A stretch of DNA of 64,000 bases, taken from NCBI RefSeq assembly GCF_004010195.1, contig NC_057718.1:87478606-87542605 (forward strand). Reading direction: 5' to 3'. This DNA comes from Chiloscyllium plagiosum (taxonomy: Eukaryota). The notes beneath the pieces were generated by a model. That model ran no database searches. It was not told where the DNA came from and saw only the letters and a list, made by a program, of their open reading frames with translations. The position numbers and the translations under genes were made by a program. Below, piece after piece: positions 51,170 to 64,000 of this stretch. Every line of letters begins with the position of its first letter. Positions within the stretch are counted from its first letter, which is position 1.

Positions 51170-52430
51170 ATAGAACATAGAACGTACAGCATAGTTCAGG
51201 CCCTTTGGCCCACGAAGTTGTGCCGAGCGTTTATCTTAATATAAGATCAACCTAACCTACGCACCCCTCAATTTACTGCTGTCCATGCGCTTGTCCAGCA
51301 ATCGCTTAAATGCCCTGAATATTTCTGACTCTCCAACCACCACTGGCAGTGCATTCCACACACCCAGCACTCTCTGCATAAAGAACCTACTAATGACATC
51401 TCCCCTATACCTTTCTCTAATCACCTTAAAATTATGACCTCCTCGTGACAGCCATTTCTGCCATGGGGAAAAGTCTCTGGCTATCTTCTCTATCTATGCC
51501 TCTCATTACCGTTGTACACCTCTATCAAGTCACCTTTCTTCCTCCTTCGTTTCAGTGTGAAAAGCCCTAGCTCACTCAACCTCTCTTCATAAGACATGCC
51601 CTCCAATCCAGGCAGCATCCTGGTAAATCTCCTCTGCTCACCCTCGAAAGCATCTACATCCTTCCTATAATGAGGTAACCAGAACTGGACACAATATTCC
51701 AAGTGTGGTCTAACTAGGGTTTTATGGAGCTGCAGCAAAACTTTGCGGCTCTTAAACTCAGTCCCCTTGTTCGTGAAAGCCAACGCAACATACACCTTCT
51801 TAACAACCCTATTGACTTGGGTGGCAACTTTGAGGGATCTATGTATATGGACCCCAAGATCCTGCTGTTCCTCCAAACTGCCAAGAATCCTGTCTTTAAC
51901 CCTGGATTCAGCATTCAAATTTGACCTTCCAAAATGGATCACTTCGTACATATCCAGTTTGAATTCCATCTGCCACTTCTCAGCTCAGCTCTGCATAATG
52001 TCAATGTCCTGTTGTAGCCTGCCACAGCCCTCGACACTATCTACGACACCACCGATCTTTGTGTCATTAGCAAACTTACTCACCCACCCTTACACTTCTT
52101 CATCCAAGTCATTTGTAAAATCTACAAAGAGCAGCGGCCCAAGAACAGATCCCTGCAGGACACCACTGGTCACCAGCCTCCAGGCAAAATACTTTCCATC
52201 CACTACCGCTCACTGTCTTCTTTTGGCCAGCCAATTCAGTGTCCAGACAGCCAAATATCCATGTATCCCATACCTCCTAACTTTCTAAATGTACTTTATC
52301 AAATGCCTTACTGAAATCCATATGCACCAGATCCACTGCTCGACCTTTGTCAACTGGTTTCATCACATTTCAAAGAACGCAATAAGGCTTGTGAGGCATG
52401 ACCTGCCTCTCTCTCAGCCATGCTGAATAT
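51170..52430 (-). mobile_element. CR1 LINE 3' fragment
   Basis: ORF 51490..51969 (LVRPHLEYCVQFWLPHYRKDV..QRRFTRMLPGL), upstream [13 protein letters not shown] and SKFANDTK, (TTCTATG) tail. Confidence 0.93.
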
Positions 52431-54084
52431 CTTTTGGAATTGTAACAGGTTGATCAAAATCAATTCATAACAATTCTTCAAATTTAACTTTGCGTTATTT
52501 GCTAGTGATATTTTAAATTTGTTTGTTTACTAAAATAGGAAACATTTTCACTTAAAAGTAAAACTTTGTATAAGTAGCAACCTTCAAACATCACAACTTT
52601 AAAACCTCTTTCCTCCTTCTACCTGCACATCTTTCTGGAAGTCAGTCCCTTTGGCAAACCTTCACTCACCTTGCGCTCTCAGTTCAGCAGCTGTTCCTTT
52701 CTTTGTTTAAGCCCTTCTGGTATGTTTGTATGGTTAAGTGTTATGCAAATGCAATTTATAATTTCTTGATCTAAAAAAGGGCCTAGAGTTAAGTCGAAGT
52801 ATTCAAATTACTAAAACATATTTCACCATATTGAGATTGGATTTGTGAATTTGAAAAAAATATAAACCATCTAAACAAAAGGTATTTATTTATAACTTAT
52901 AAAATATTTATTCAGCTTTCAATATTCAGTTGTTACATAATCCAACGTGAAATGCTAAACAAATAGAGGGCACGAAGAGCACCAAACTCCACCAGCTGAG
53001 TTAACTCAACTGCAGTTATCGAGCCCTTCCTCAAGGCTTTTCTCTGCGTGTTTAATGCTCTGTAACTACAAAGCTTAGAGAATAATTTTTATTTGGGGCT
53101 TCTGACTCACTGAAGGGGGCTTCAGGATGATTTGAATCCAAAAGCTTGCTCTGAAACCTCTCTTGCAGTTTTAATAGCTGTGACAAATCGCAAGACAGAA
53201 ATTGAGACAATCCCCAGCATTCAAAAATAAAATAGCTAATTCTTACTGTCTCTGTATTCATGGATTATTGTTAAAATTTTGGACCTACATATTTGCCACA
53301 AACTAATTAGTAATTTATTGGTTCATAGTCTATATGTGTACTAAGTTTAGTTGAAATCCATCCATTTAGTTTTTGTTTGTTCATGGGATGTGGTTGTTCC
53401 TGGCTAGGTCAGCATTTATTGTCCATTCTAATTGCCCTAGAGAAGGTGGTGGTGAGTTGCAGTCTTAATCTGCTGCAGTCCTTGGGATATAGGAACACCC
53501 ACAGTGCTGTTAGGAAGGGAATTCCACAATTTAAACATAGTGACAGTGAAGGAACAACAATTGACTTCCAAGCCAGGATGCTGTGTGGCTTGGAGGGGAA
53601 GTTACAGATGTGGATTTCCTTGCAAGTGTTGCCCTTGACCTTTTAAGTGATAGAGCTCACCGTTTTGGGAGGTGCCTTTGGAGGAGCCTTAATTAGTTAT
53701 TGCAGTACATCTTGTAATTGGACACACTGCTGCCACTGTGCCTTGAGTGCTGGCATTCCTAGTAGCATTTATAGATTCATAGAGTCATAAACCACAGAAG
53801 ACATTCTTCAGCCCTTTAAGTCTACGCTGACCTATCTACACAAGGCCGACTTTCCAGTACTGGGCCCTTAACCGTTAAAGCTGTGACATTTTAAGTGATC
53901 ATCCAAGTACTACTTAAAAGGTTGAGGGTTTCTCACCTCTACTACCATCCGAGGTGATGCATTCCAGATTCCTACCAACATTTGGGTGAAAAGATGTTAC
54001 CTCAAATCCCCTCTATGCCTCCTGCCCTTCCCCATAAAACTATGTCACCTTGTTATTGATCCTTCAACTAAGAGGAGCAGCTGG

Positions 54085-54752
54085 GGGAAATGAGGAAACT
54101 GGTGAAATCCACGTTGATCCTCTGTGGTTGCAGGATCCCAAGGCAGAATGAGGCAATCTTCCTCCAGGCGTCAGATGGTGAGGGTTTGGTGATTGAAGAG
54201 GCCCAGGACCTGCATGTCCTTGAGAGTGGGAGGGGGAGTTGAAGTGTTAAGCCACAGGGCTGTGGGGATGGTTGGCACAGTTGTCCCAGAGATGTTCTCT
54301 GAAATGATCCACAAGTTGGTGTCCTGGCTCCCTGACTCAGAGGAGATTACATCGGGTGCAACGGATACAGTAGATGACACTGGTGGAGGTACAGGTAAAT
54401 GTTTGTCAGATGTGGAAGAATCCTTTGGGACCTTGAAAAGAGGTGAGGGGGGAGATGTGGATGCAGGTTTTGCACTTTCTGTAGTGGCAGAGGAAGGTGC
54501 TGGGAGTGGGGTCTGGGCTGTTGGGGGGGGGCGCGGCATGAATCTGACGAGGGAGTTGCGGAGGGAATGGTCTCTCCAGAACAGGGAGGGAAATAGATCT
54601 TTGGTGGAATCTGTTGGTAGATGGCGGACGTGGCCGAGAAGGATGTGATGAATATGGAGGTTGGGTTGGAAGGTGAGGACCGTGGGATTCTGTCCTTGTT
54701 GCGTTGGGAGGGGTGGAGTTCAAGAGCGGAGGTGCAGGAAGTGAATGAGATG
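54085..54752 (-). mobile_element. Penelope-like GIY-YIG region fragment
   Basis: ORF pieces CHYRKCKTCIHISPLTSFQGPKGFFHI and KDMQVLGL; homologous to 14700-15100. Confidence 0.8.
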
Positions 54753-54754
54753 TA

Positions 54755-56460
54755 CTGTACTGTACAGCTGCAATATGATCTCCCAACCCCCAACTCAATG
54801 CGCTGACCAATAAAGCAAGCTAACCAACACCACCTTCACTATCCTATCTGCCTGCAACTCCACTTTCAAGGAACTATGAACATGCACTCCAAGGTCTCTC
54901 TGTTCAGCAACACCCCCAGAACCTTACCATTAAGTGATTTGCCTTTCCAAAATGCAGGACATCAGATTTAGTTTAGATTAGATTCGATTCCCTAGAGCAT
55001 GTGAACAGCCCAACAAGTCCACACTGACCCTCTGAAGAGTAACCCACCCAGACCCATTTCCCTCTGACAAATGCACCTAACACTTTGGGCAATTTAGAAT
55101 GGCCAATTCACCTGACCTGCATATCTTTGTACTGTGTGAGGAAACCAAAGCACCCTGAGGAAACCTACGCATTCACAGGGAGAATGTGCAAACTCCACAC
55201 AGACAGTTGCCTGAGGCTGGGTCCCTGAAGCTGTGAGGCAGCACTGCTAACCATTGAACCCTGTGCTGTCCCAAGCTAAATTTTTATCGAATTAAATTCC
55301 AACAGCCCACTCCTCTGTCCATTTGGCCCATCTGATCAAGAGGTAAAAACAATGACTGCAGATGCTGGAAACCAGATTCTGGATTAGTGGTGCTGGAAGA
55401 GCACAGCAGTTCAGGCAGCATCCAAGGAGCAGCGAAATTGACGTTTTGGGCAAAAGCCCTTCACCAGGAATACTCTGAAGTAACCCTCGCTGTCAACTAC
55501 ACCTGCAATTGTGGTGTCATCTGCACATGTAGTAACCATTACATCCCTTGTTCACACACAAATCATTTCTATAAATGATATAAAGCAATGTACCCAGCAT
55601 CATTTATAGTGGCAAATTGCTGATCATAGGTCTCTAGGCTGAAAAACAACCACCACTACCACTCTCTGTCTTCCACCTTCATGCCAGTTCTGTATCCAAA
55701 TGGCTAGTTCTCACTGTATTCCATGTGATCCAACCTTGCTAATCAGTCTACCATTAGGAACATTGTCAATAGCCTTATTGAAGTCCACATAGATCACATC
55801 CATTGCTCTGTCCTCAATCCTCTTCATTGCTATTTCAAAAAACTCAAGTTAGACACAATTTCCCATGCACAACGTCATGTTGACTATCCTTAATCTGACA
55901 TTGCCCTTCCGAATATATGTAAATCTTGTCCCTCCAGATTCCCTCCAACAATTTGCCCACCACTGATGTCATGCCCACCAGTCTATAGTTTCTCTGACTT
56001 TTCCTTACCACCTTGCTTATTAGGGGCATCACGTTAGCCAACCGCCAGTCTTCTGGCACCTCACCTGTGGCTATCGATGATTAAAATATCTCAGCCAGGG
56101 GCCCTGCAATCACTTCCCTAGCATTCTCTCAGAATTTTAGGATCTACCTGATCAGGTTCCACCACCTCTGTAATATGGATTTTTTTTCACAATGTCACTA
56201 TTTATTTTCCCACATTCTCTGTCTTCCATATCCTTCTCCACAGTAAACACTGATACAAGATACTTGTTTAATATCTTCCCCCATCTCCTGTGGTTCCTCA
56301 CACAGGCAGCCTTGCTGATCTTTGAGGGGCCTATTCTCTCCCTAGTTACCCTTTTGTCCTCAATGTATTTGTAGAATCCTTTTGGAATCTCTTTAACCCT
56401 ATTTGCCAAAGCTATCTCATGTCCCCTTTTTGCCCTCCTGATTTCCCTCTTAAATATACA
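54755..56460 (-). mobile_element. CR1 LINE fragments, interrupted by HE1 and a Penelope terminal fragment (~55343-55470)
   Basis: ORFs 55844..56059 (PEDWRLANV...NYRLVGMTSVVGKLLE) and 56152..56409 (PKGFYKYI..KRVTRERIGP). Confidence 0.88.
54964..55272 (-). mobile_element. HE1-type V-SINE (older copy)
   Basis: V domain and tagattagatt tail present; B-box region deleted. Confidence 0.88.
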
Positions 56461-56647
56461 AAGTTAGGAGGTGCTTCATCCCTGGGTGGTTTTGTATGTT
56501 TAATTCATTTCAGCACACTAGTGAAAGATACATTCTGTTTTGTAGATTCCATTCAGCTAGCTAATGAATTGAGAGCTTTAAAGGTATGAAAATATCTGGC
56601 CATGCTACAATTAAATTACACTTGAGTAGTTGATCGCCTTCCTTTGC

Positions 56648-56843
56648 ATAAAAGCAAATTACTGGGGATGCTGGAATCTGAAACCAAAAGAGAAAATGCT
56701 GGAAAATCTCAGCAGGTCTGGCAACATCTGTCAGGAGAGAAAAGAGCTTTGACAAAGGGTCAGTTAGACTCGAAACGTCAGCTCTTTTCTCTCCCTACAG
56801 ATGCTGCCAGACCTGCTGAGATTTTCCAGCATTTTCTCTTTTG
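56648..56843 (+). mobile_element. Fold-back Penelope-type element: 64-bp arms enclosing a hammerhead-like core
   Basis: Arms 56685-56748 and 56780-56843 are reverse complements with 3 mismatches; loop is ttgacaa-a-gggtc(agtta)gactc-gaaa-cgtc. Confidence 0.8.
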
Positions 56844-57759
56844 CCTTCCTTTGCATGGTTGGCAGCACAGTTTTTTTTACCTCGTAACAGTACAGTCGTT
56901 ACAAATTATAAAATAATTGTTCAGAGCAATGTGCAAACTATTCACATTGGAATATTTCTGATTGGTGTTTACCAGAAATATTGATCAAAATGTTGGAAGC
57001 ATAATTAAGATGCATTTGATTTTGACTTTTAAGCTCACTTAGTGAAGAAAATTGTTCCAAGCTCGTCTTTAACCACCAGCAGCCCAACCCTATTGAATTC
57101 ATTGTTTTGACTCCTTCAGTAATTTGAACAGTCAATAAAATCAGCTAGATCTTGCTGAAAATATTGTCAATTTGCAAATTATTTCCTTCACTATCCCAGA
57201 GATTAACATATTAGATACCTTCTGCCAAAAAAATATAATATTTGCATAATAATGTACCTCTGAATTTGCATAGAAGTTATCTGTCCTCATCCTTAAGTAA
57301 GGTCCAGCTGTTAGCTTCTGTATCTGATTATGTACAGGTTTTGTGTACAGTTACTGCATTCATAAAGGATTTTTTTTATACAGCATCAAATCGTCAATGA
57401 AATACTTGAAGGGGAATGTCAAAGTGGAATGTAACTTCGTATCATGTGAGAAATTTCTTAAAAGTTAACAACTGTGTCAATTATTCTTTTTGAAAATATT
57501 TGCACATTATAAAATATAGGAGTATTTAATTAAATTGGCTTAATGAAGACTAACTGAACCAGTTGATTCCACAAAGGAGAATACAAGATATTTTTGTCTC
57601 CCTGTTGTGAACGATTGGATTAATAAGCCTTTTAAAGGTTTTGTACTGATCTGTTACACTGTCCATAAAACCTGTGCTAACAGACTTCAATGCCACCTTA
57701 TTTTGAGTGACTTAAAGATAGGCACCAAATGATAATGTCAACTAAATTACAACTGAAGT

Positions 57760-57978
57760 ACCGTATAAAAGTAAAAAGCTGGAAGCCTGAAGTAAGAACA
57801 AAATAAAACCAGGAAATTTTCAGCAGCTCCGGCAGCAGCTGTGGAGAGTGAAACTTAACGGTTCAGGTCAGTACCTTTCGTCTTCTGATGAAAGGCTATC
57901 GATCTGAAACGTTACGTCTTTATATACACAGATGACACCTGATCTGCTTAGCCTTTCCATTATTTTTGTTCTAATTTG
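57760..57978. mobile_element. Fold-back Penelope-type element with hammerhead-like motif at 57885-57913
   Basis: ctgatga-a-aggctatcgatct-gaaa-cgtt on +; mirror copy (gacgaaaggtactgacctgaaccgttaa) on -; decayed inverted arms. Confidence 0.65.
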
Positions 57979-58664
57979 CTACACAAACTACTATTAACAC
58001 TGTAATTTACTTCTAGTTGTTATCATTTTTAAACTTCTGAAAAAGTTAACTTTCTGTAACTGATGTAAAGACTTATAATTGCTTTTAATAATCTGATATT
58101 AGAACATGAACAATATAATGTTATTGAGGGATATTTTAGAGGAAGAATTAAGACAGAAACCAAATACTATCTTATTGTTTTAGCATATAACTTTGGCCCT
58201 AATGGCTAACTACTGTAGTCTTGAATTTACCTGGACCTGCTCAAACAGATGCCTGCACATTCGAGAGACTAGCACAGAGATGCAATTTTCAAGCTGCATT
58301 ATAAGTGGATTCCAATTTTCTTTTCACTAAAGGTGTGCTGACATGCAGTGCCATATTTCAGGATACCGAAGTGAAAGGGTAAGCTAATCCTTGGATAAGA
58401 TACCAGGGGTTCAGAGGAAGAGAATTGTCCCAAACACAAGAAATCTACCTTGCTTTTTTTTTGTATCTTTTCTCCCTGTAGTAACTGTTGCTGCTCCCCT
58501 AGGCGACCTCTTACCATTCTTCCTGCTGACCAAGAAGAACCTTTAGCCAGACACTTAGACAAAATGTGACTGAGTGATCAGTGACTAGTAGATAAAGCAG
58601 TACCATTCTTGCTATTTTTAGGTAAAGTCCTCAGAAAATCGTCAAAATAAATATTTCGCTGCTG

Positions 58665-60093
58665 CACAGGTCACAGGTGAGGTGCCGGAAGACTGGAGGT
58701 TTTCTAATGTGGCGCCACTGTTTAAGAAGGGTGGTAAGGACAAGCCAGGGAACTATAGACCAGTGAGCCTGACATGGGCAAGTTGTCGAAGGGAATCCTG
58801 AGAGACAGGATGTACATGTATTTGGAAAGGCAAGGACTGATTAGGGATAGTCAACATGGCTTTGTGTGTGGGAAATCATGTCTCTCAAACTTGATTGAGT
58901 TTTTTGAAGAAGGATCAAAGAGAATTGATGAGGGCAGAGCAGTAGATGTGATCTATATGGATTTGAGTAAGGCGTTCAACAAGGTTCCCCATGGGAGATT
59001 GATTAGCAAGGTTAGATCTCACGGAATACAGGGAGAACTAGCCATTTGGATACAGAACTGGCTCAAAGGTAGAAGACAGAGGGTGGTGGTGGAGGGTAGA
59101 TTTTCAGACTGGATTCCTGTGACCTGTGGAGTGCCACAAGGATCAGTGCTGGGTTCTCTACTTTTTGTCATTTACATAAATGAGGTACAAAGAGTAAGTT
59201 TGCAGATGACACCAAAATTGGAGGTGTAGTGGACAGCGAAAAGAGTTACCTCAGATTACAACAGTATCTTGACCACATGGGCTAATGAGCTGAGAAGTGG
59301 CAGATGGAGGTTAATTCAGATAAATGTGAGGTGCTGCATTTTGGGAAAGCAAATCTTAGCAGGACTTATACACTTAATGGTAAGGTCCTAAGGAGTGTTG
59401 CTGGTCAAAGAGACCTTGGAGTGTAGGTTCATAGTTCCTTGAAAGTGGAGTCGCAGATAGATAGGATAGTGAAGAAGCCGATTGGTATGCTTTCGTTTAT
59501 TGGTCAGAGTATTGAGTACAGGAGTTGGGAGGTCATGTTGCGGCTGCACAGGACATTGGTTAGGCCACTGTTGGAATATTGCATGCAATTCTGGTCTCCT
59601 TTCTATCGGAAGGGATGTTGTGAAACTTGAAAGGGTTCAGAAAAGATGAACAAGGATGTTGCCAGAGTTGGAGGATTTGAGCTATAGGGAGAGGCTGAAC
59701 AAACTGGGGTTGTTTTCCCTGGAGTGTCGGAGGCTGAGGGGTGACCTTAGAGAGGTTTACAAAATTGAGGGGCTTGGATAGATAGGTTAAATAGATGAAG
59801 TCTTTTCCCTGGGGTTGAGGAGTCCAGAACTAGAGGGCATAGGTTTAGGGTGAGGGCAACTTTTTCACGCAGAGAGTGGTACGTGTATGGAATGAGCTGC
59901 CAGAGGAAGTGGTGGAGGCTGGTACAATTGCAACATTTTAAAAGGCATTTGGATGGGTGTATAAATAGGAGGGGTTTGGAGGGATATGGGCCGGGTGCTG
60001 GCAGGTGGGACTGGATTGGGTTGTGATATCTGGTCGGCATGGACGGGTTGGACCGAAAGGTCTGTTTCCATGCTGTACATCTCCATGACTCTG
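58665..60093 (+). mobile_element. CR1 LINE RT and 3' end (relatively young)
   Basis: ORF 58774..59229 (SQHGFVCGKSCLSNL, YMDLSKAFNKVPH, GVPQGSVLGSLLFVIYIN) and 59439..59630; tail ctccatgactct. Confidence 0.95.
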
Positions 60094-60699
60094 AGGTGTC
60101 AAACTTTATCTTTGATCCTCCAACAGCATATGAACAGTAAGAATGAGATCCCTTAAAGAATATTCCAAATGCTTTGCAACAATTATTTGCTCTTAATCTA
60201 TTACTTACTTTGAGAAGATGCTATCACCAGTGCTTAATGCCAATTTATCATGAAGCCTGCTTATTGAAAACAACGCAATTTTAGTGGAAGAGAGAAGTTT
60301 GACAGTCCTGCAGATGGCTGTCCCTATCATGAGGTTCAGTCCCTTTAACAAAACATCACCTTGTGCTAAACATGGGCTGAACTGCTGTTTCAACTTGAGG
60401 CCCCATCTTGGTCACCTAGAAGGTCTTTGGTGCCTGAAGCATCTGGGGAAATTGGCTGTGGTTGTATTTAGTCGAGAGATTTGATGACTTCTGTGAGTTT
60501 TATTGTTAATGATGGCATGATTTCTGCACCAGCGTGTATCATTTATTAAATGTTATGGGGAAATTGTTTTTGGGAAACACCAAAGAAACTCATTACACGC
60601 ATGGGAATGTATTTTAAAAAACTAAATTGCCTGAGGCCCGGCATACTTCTGGAAAAATAAATAGCACCATAAGTTGACACTTACCTTAAATTTCTAAGT

Positions 60700-61125
60700 C
60701 TACCACTTCAAAACTAATACAACTGATGGAATATTTAAGTACAACTGCAATTTAATTCACAGTACGTATCCTATTGAAATCCGTAAGTTTTGGCAATCTG
60801 TCGGTTGATGCTGAAATTAACGCCTGTATTCCAAAATTGCAGCTATGTTATGTCTAAAATATGTAAGTGTAGAACAATTGCAAACTGGCTGGCAACATAA
60901 GTTTGAGAGTCTACCAAGCCTGCATTCTCGGTGCATCTCTCTACCATAGGGAGAACTAGATGACTGACGCTAAACTGGAGAAAAAGCTCTGCTGATGCTG
61001 TCTCAAATGCATCCTTGGCGTCTCTTGGCTGGACTAGGTTGTCGATGGAGTATGCTAATTCCACCTGTACACATTCATGAAAGTTAAACAAATAATGTCG
61101 CCACTTGCCCAGATGAGAACAAATC
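60700..61125 (+). mobile_element. RTE-clade LINE fragment (decayed)
   Basis: Hand translation gives NLSVDAEINACI, RVYQACIL, LEKKL and CLKCILGVSWLD, typical of RTE ORF C-terminal regions. Confidence 0.6.
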
Positions 61126-61710
61126 AAACAGCACTCAAAGGATTAGTCCATCCAGGGAAAATAAAAGGCTTTCTCAATTTGATTTCCCATCCATCCCCTT
61201 AAACATTCACTACTTCCACTACTCGCGCACAGTAGCAGCAATGCACTTAGCAATTCACCAAGGCTTCTTCCGCATTAAACAATAGGAAACAGACAGAAAA
61301 ATTGAGTTCAGGCTTATCATTTCAGCCATAATCTCATTGAAAGCCGGAGCAATCTTGAGTTGAATGGCCTATTTCTGCTCCTATATATTATGGTCCAAGC
61401 CCTTGATCTCCAACACCTAGATGACCAAGAGTAGCAGACTCTTGAATATAACCATCTCCATGTTCCCATTCAGATCCACCATCCTGACCTGTAGCTGTGT
61501 TGACATGCCTTCACTGTTGCTGGGATGAATTCTGGAACTCCTGTACAATGTAGTTGTACCCAGATGGATTTCGATATCTATGGATGGGAATGAATGCCCT
61601 TCATTAGCAGGTTTCTTCAGATGTCTAGAACGTTTAATCCATGGACAACCTCCCAGTAGTGCCTTAGGTGCATTCAGCTACAGCTGTGCAAACTGTACCT
61701 CCCCCACCCC

Positions 61711-61731
61711 ACACACACACACACACACACA
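61711..61731 (+). repeat. (AC)10 microsatellite
   Basis: acacacacacacacacacaca. Confidence 0.9.
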
Positions 61732-62131
61732 ATGCTCAAGAGGGAGGTTAGCTACTTAAATCAGTCCATTTCAACAAGATTTTAACCAGTGTTTCCTTTA
61801 ACAGTCCCTACCTGGATGTTTCAAGGTATTTTGAAAGCTGCCATTGAAATTAAGATGACAAAACTAAGCAGCAATTAATGAGCCTCATTAAATGATAACC
61901 AAATACCAACCAGTTTTTACTGTATTTGCCTATGTTATTACCTCCCATTGGGAAAGAATCTTCTAAGAACCCCTGTGGCAAGAGGCTAGTGTGTGCACTG
62001 CAGCAATGATTTACACTTGACCAGGATTCACATGCCTGGAAGGGGCCTCAGTACATCCAGCCAGGAAATCCAAAATGATCCTGGTATGTTGTGCAGCAAC
62101 GCAGTTGGTATGCAATGTTTCTTCTGCAGAT

Positions 62132-62403
62132 CCTCACAGCACCAGGGTCCCAGGTTCGATTCCAGCCTCGGGTGACTGTCTATGTGGAGTTTGCATGTTC
62201 TCTCCGTGTCTGCATGGGTTTCCTCTGGGTACTCTGGTTTCCTCCCACAGTCCAAAGATGTGCAGGTCAGGGTAAATTGCCCATAGTGTTAAGTGTATTA
62301 GTCAGAGGGAAATGGTTCTGGGTGGGTTACTCTTCAGAGGGTCAGTGTGGACTGGTTGGGCCGAAGGGCCTGTTTCCACACAGTAAGGAATCTAAGCTAA
62401 TCA
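62132..62403 (+). mobile_element. 5'-truncated HE1-type V-SINE
   Basis: B box ggttcgattcc, V domain, tail gggccgaagggcctgtttccacac. Confidence 0.9.
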
Positions 62404-63928
62404 AATAATGCCAACAAAATGAGAATATGGAGAAGGCAGAGGACCCAACTCAGCACCATCAAATTTTTTATGATTCCAGTTAGTCACTATCCCAAATATA
62501 ACAATCTCCATTCTTCTATATCACAGCAATTCCTCGAACCAACTATTCACCCATTGCATAATGTCCCTCAATCTGGCCAGCATTTATTGTCCATTGCTAG
62601 TAGCTCTGGAGAAGGTGGTGGTAAGTTGCCAGCTTGAATCTCTGAAGTTCTTAGTGTGTATCTTTAATTGTGATGATTTTAGGAAGGGATTCCAGGATTC
62701 TGACTCAACAACAGTGAAGGAATGGCAATATAGTTCGAAGTTTAGGATGAATTACACTTGGGGGAAAAAAACTTGCAACTAGTGGTGTTCCCATGTATCT
62801 ACAGACCTGTCTGTCCAGGTGGTAGAGGTTGAGAGTTTAGAAGGAGACTTCATGAACGGTTAGAGTGCAGTTTTATAGATGATAAGTGCTGGTGCCACTT
62901 TCCGTTAAAAGAGTTGTTTTGACCTGGATGGTGTCAAGTTTCTTGAGTGATATTGGGACTGCACCCGTCCAGGCCAGAAGAATAAATTTCATCTCACATC
63001 AGACTCCCGTCTTGAAGAGAGTGAACAGGCATTGGGGAAGTAGGAGTTGAGTTACTGACCATAGTATTCCTGGCCTCTAGCCTGCTGTTGTAGCCAGAAT
63101 ATTTAGATGGCTTATCAGTTCAGTTTCCAGTCAATGGTAATACCAGAATGTCGATAGTGGGGAATTCAAATACGATGTTTCCACTGATCATAAACAGATG
63201 ACTGTTAGATTGCTTAAGGGCTACATTCTCAAAGGCAAGTAAGACAAATATGGAGTCTATTGCATTTGATAAATTTAAGCCCAAGTTGACTTCAGAGGTT
63301 AATGGCTGAAAAGACAAGATGATATATCTCTTAGCTAAAGATGAGTGATTTGATATCTATAATTTTTGAAAGACAAGTCCAGTGAGACATTTTTGGTTTG
63401 AGAGCACGCGGTCAATCTTGAAGAGTATTAAATGCATTTGTTTCATCAGGTTAAAGAAATTTTATGAAGATTATGTAATCTAAAGGTCTGGCCATTGCTA
63501 TGGAGCTGCATGATACTTGGAGAAGTTCTCTAGTTCCAATTCATTCAGCTGTTGAAGGAATTATTTGCAGCTGAGGCCTAGCATTCACTGCAGTCCAGAA
63601 GGTGGTCATAGTAAATGACAGGCCTCTTGCAATGAAGGTCAATTTACCATTTGCTTGCTGTACCTATTTTTGTTGCATTATAAGGACACCCAGGTCCCTT
63701 TCTCCTTCAACACTGCCAATATATCACTGTTCAAATAATGGATAATCCTTTTGTTTTTCACACTGAATGTATAACTTCATGTTTAGTTGTATTGGGCATG
63801 TGTTTGCCCACTTGCTCAGTTGTCTAGATCACTTCACAGCCTCCTTATGTCCATCTCAACACTCAATCCTGCCCAGTTTTGTCATCAGCAAACTTGGAAA
63901 TATTGCATTTGGTTCCCTCGTCTCTGTA

Positions 63929-64000
63929 CAGAGGCACCCCTGTTATCTGAATATCAATTATCCGAATTTCGGATTATCCAAAGAAGATCTCAAGGTCCCA
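63929..64000 (+). mobile_element. Third copy of the CAGAGG MITE (cut by the window end), inserted in an antisense CR1 fragment
   Basis: ta|cagaggcacccctgttatctgaatatcaattatccgaatttcggattatcc aligns with 21233-21305. Confidence 0.8.

Noticed and set aside
98..63317. Most ORFs in the six-frame track as host genes
   Set aside because: They are TE fragments, antisense shadows of TEs or SINEs, or short random ORFs. Only those overlapping the STXBP5 exons form a consistent spliced protein.
4640..64000. Antisense bias of CR1/L1 insertions as evidence of selection within the gene
   Set aside because: The same bias appears downstream of the gene and the counts are too small.
50300..64000. Next gene downstream of STXBP5
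   Set aside because: No exon-like sequence or CpG-island promoter recognised; the region is TE-filled intergenic DNA.

Overview
Vertebrate genomic DNA, almost certainly from a cartilaginous fish (shark), judged from HE1-type V-SINEs, Deu-domain SINEs, CR1 LINEs and Penelope-like elements. The only host gene I can support is the 3' end of STXBP5 (tomosyn-1) on the + strand. Seven coding exons (4024-4074, 18664-18903, 22786-23155, 27972-28137, 31910-32021, 40319-40539, 47565-47606) splice in frame through canonical GT-AG sites and end in the R-SNARE motif and ...KDKKWYQF*. A TE-free probable 3' UTR runs to about 50.25 kb. Introns and the downstream region are saturated with decayed retroelements (CR1, L1/Tx1, RTE, Penelope-like), SINEs and TA-flanked pogo/Tigger-like MITEs, often nested. 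There is one assembly gap (27043-27202). Most notable: (i) several Penelope-derived terminal-repeat and fold-back elements carry minimal type I hammerhead ribozyme motifs, including one with an intact core in the sense strand of an intron and one in the loop of a 64-bp hairpin; (ii) two paralogous donor-like segments in the hypervariable-region intron may be unannotated cassette exons; (iii) a degenerate 31-nt tandem array lies in the 3' UTR; (iv) inverted SINE and MITE pairs flank frame-symmetric exons. Repeat boundaries and family names were read by eye and are approximate unless a TSD or TIR is quoted.
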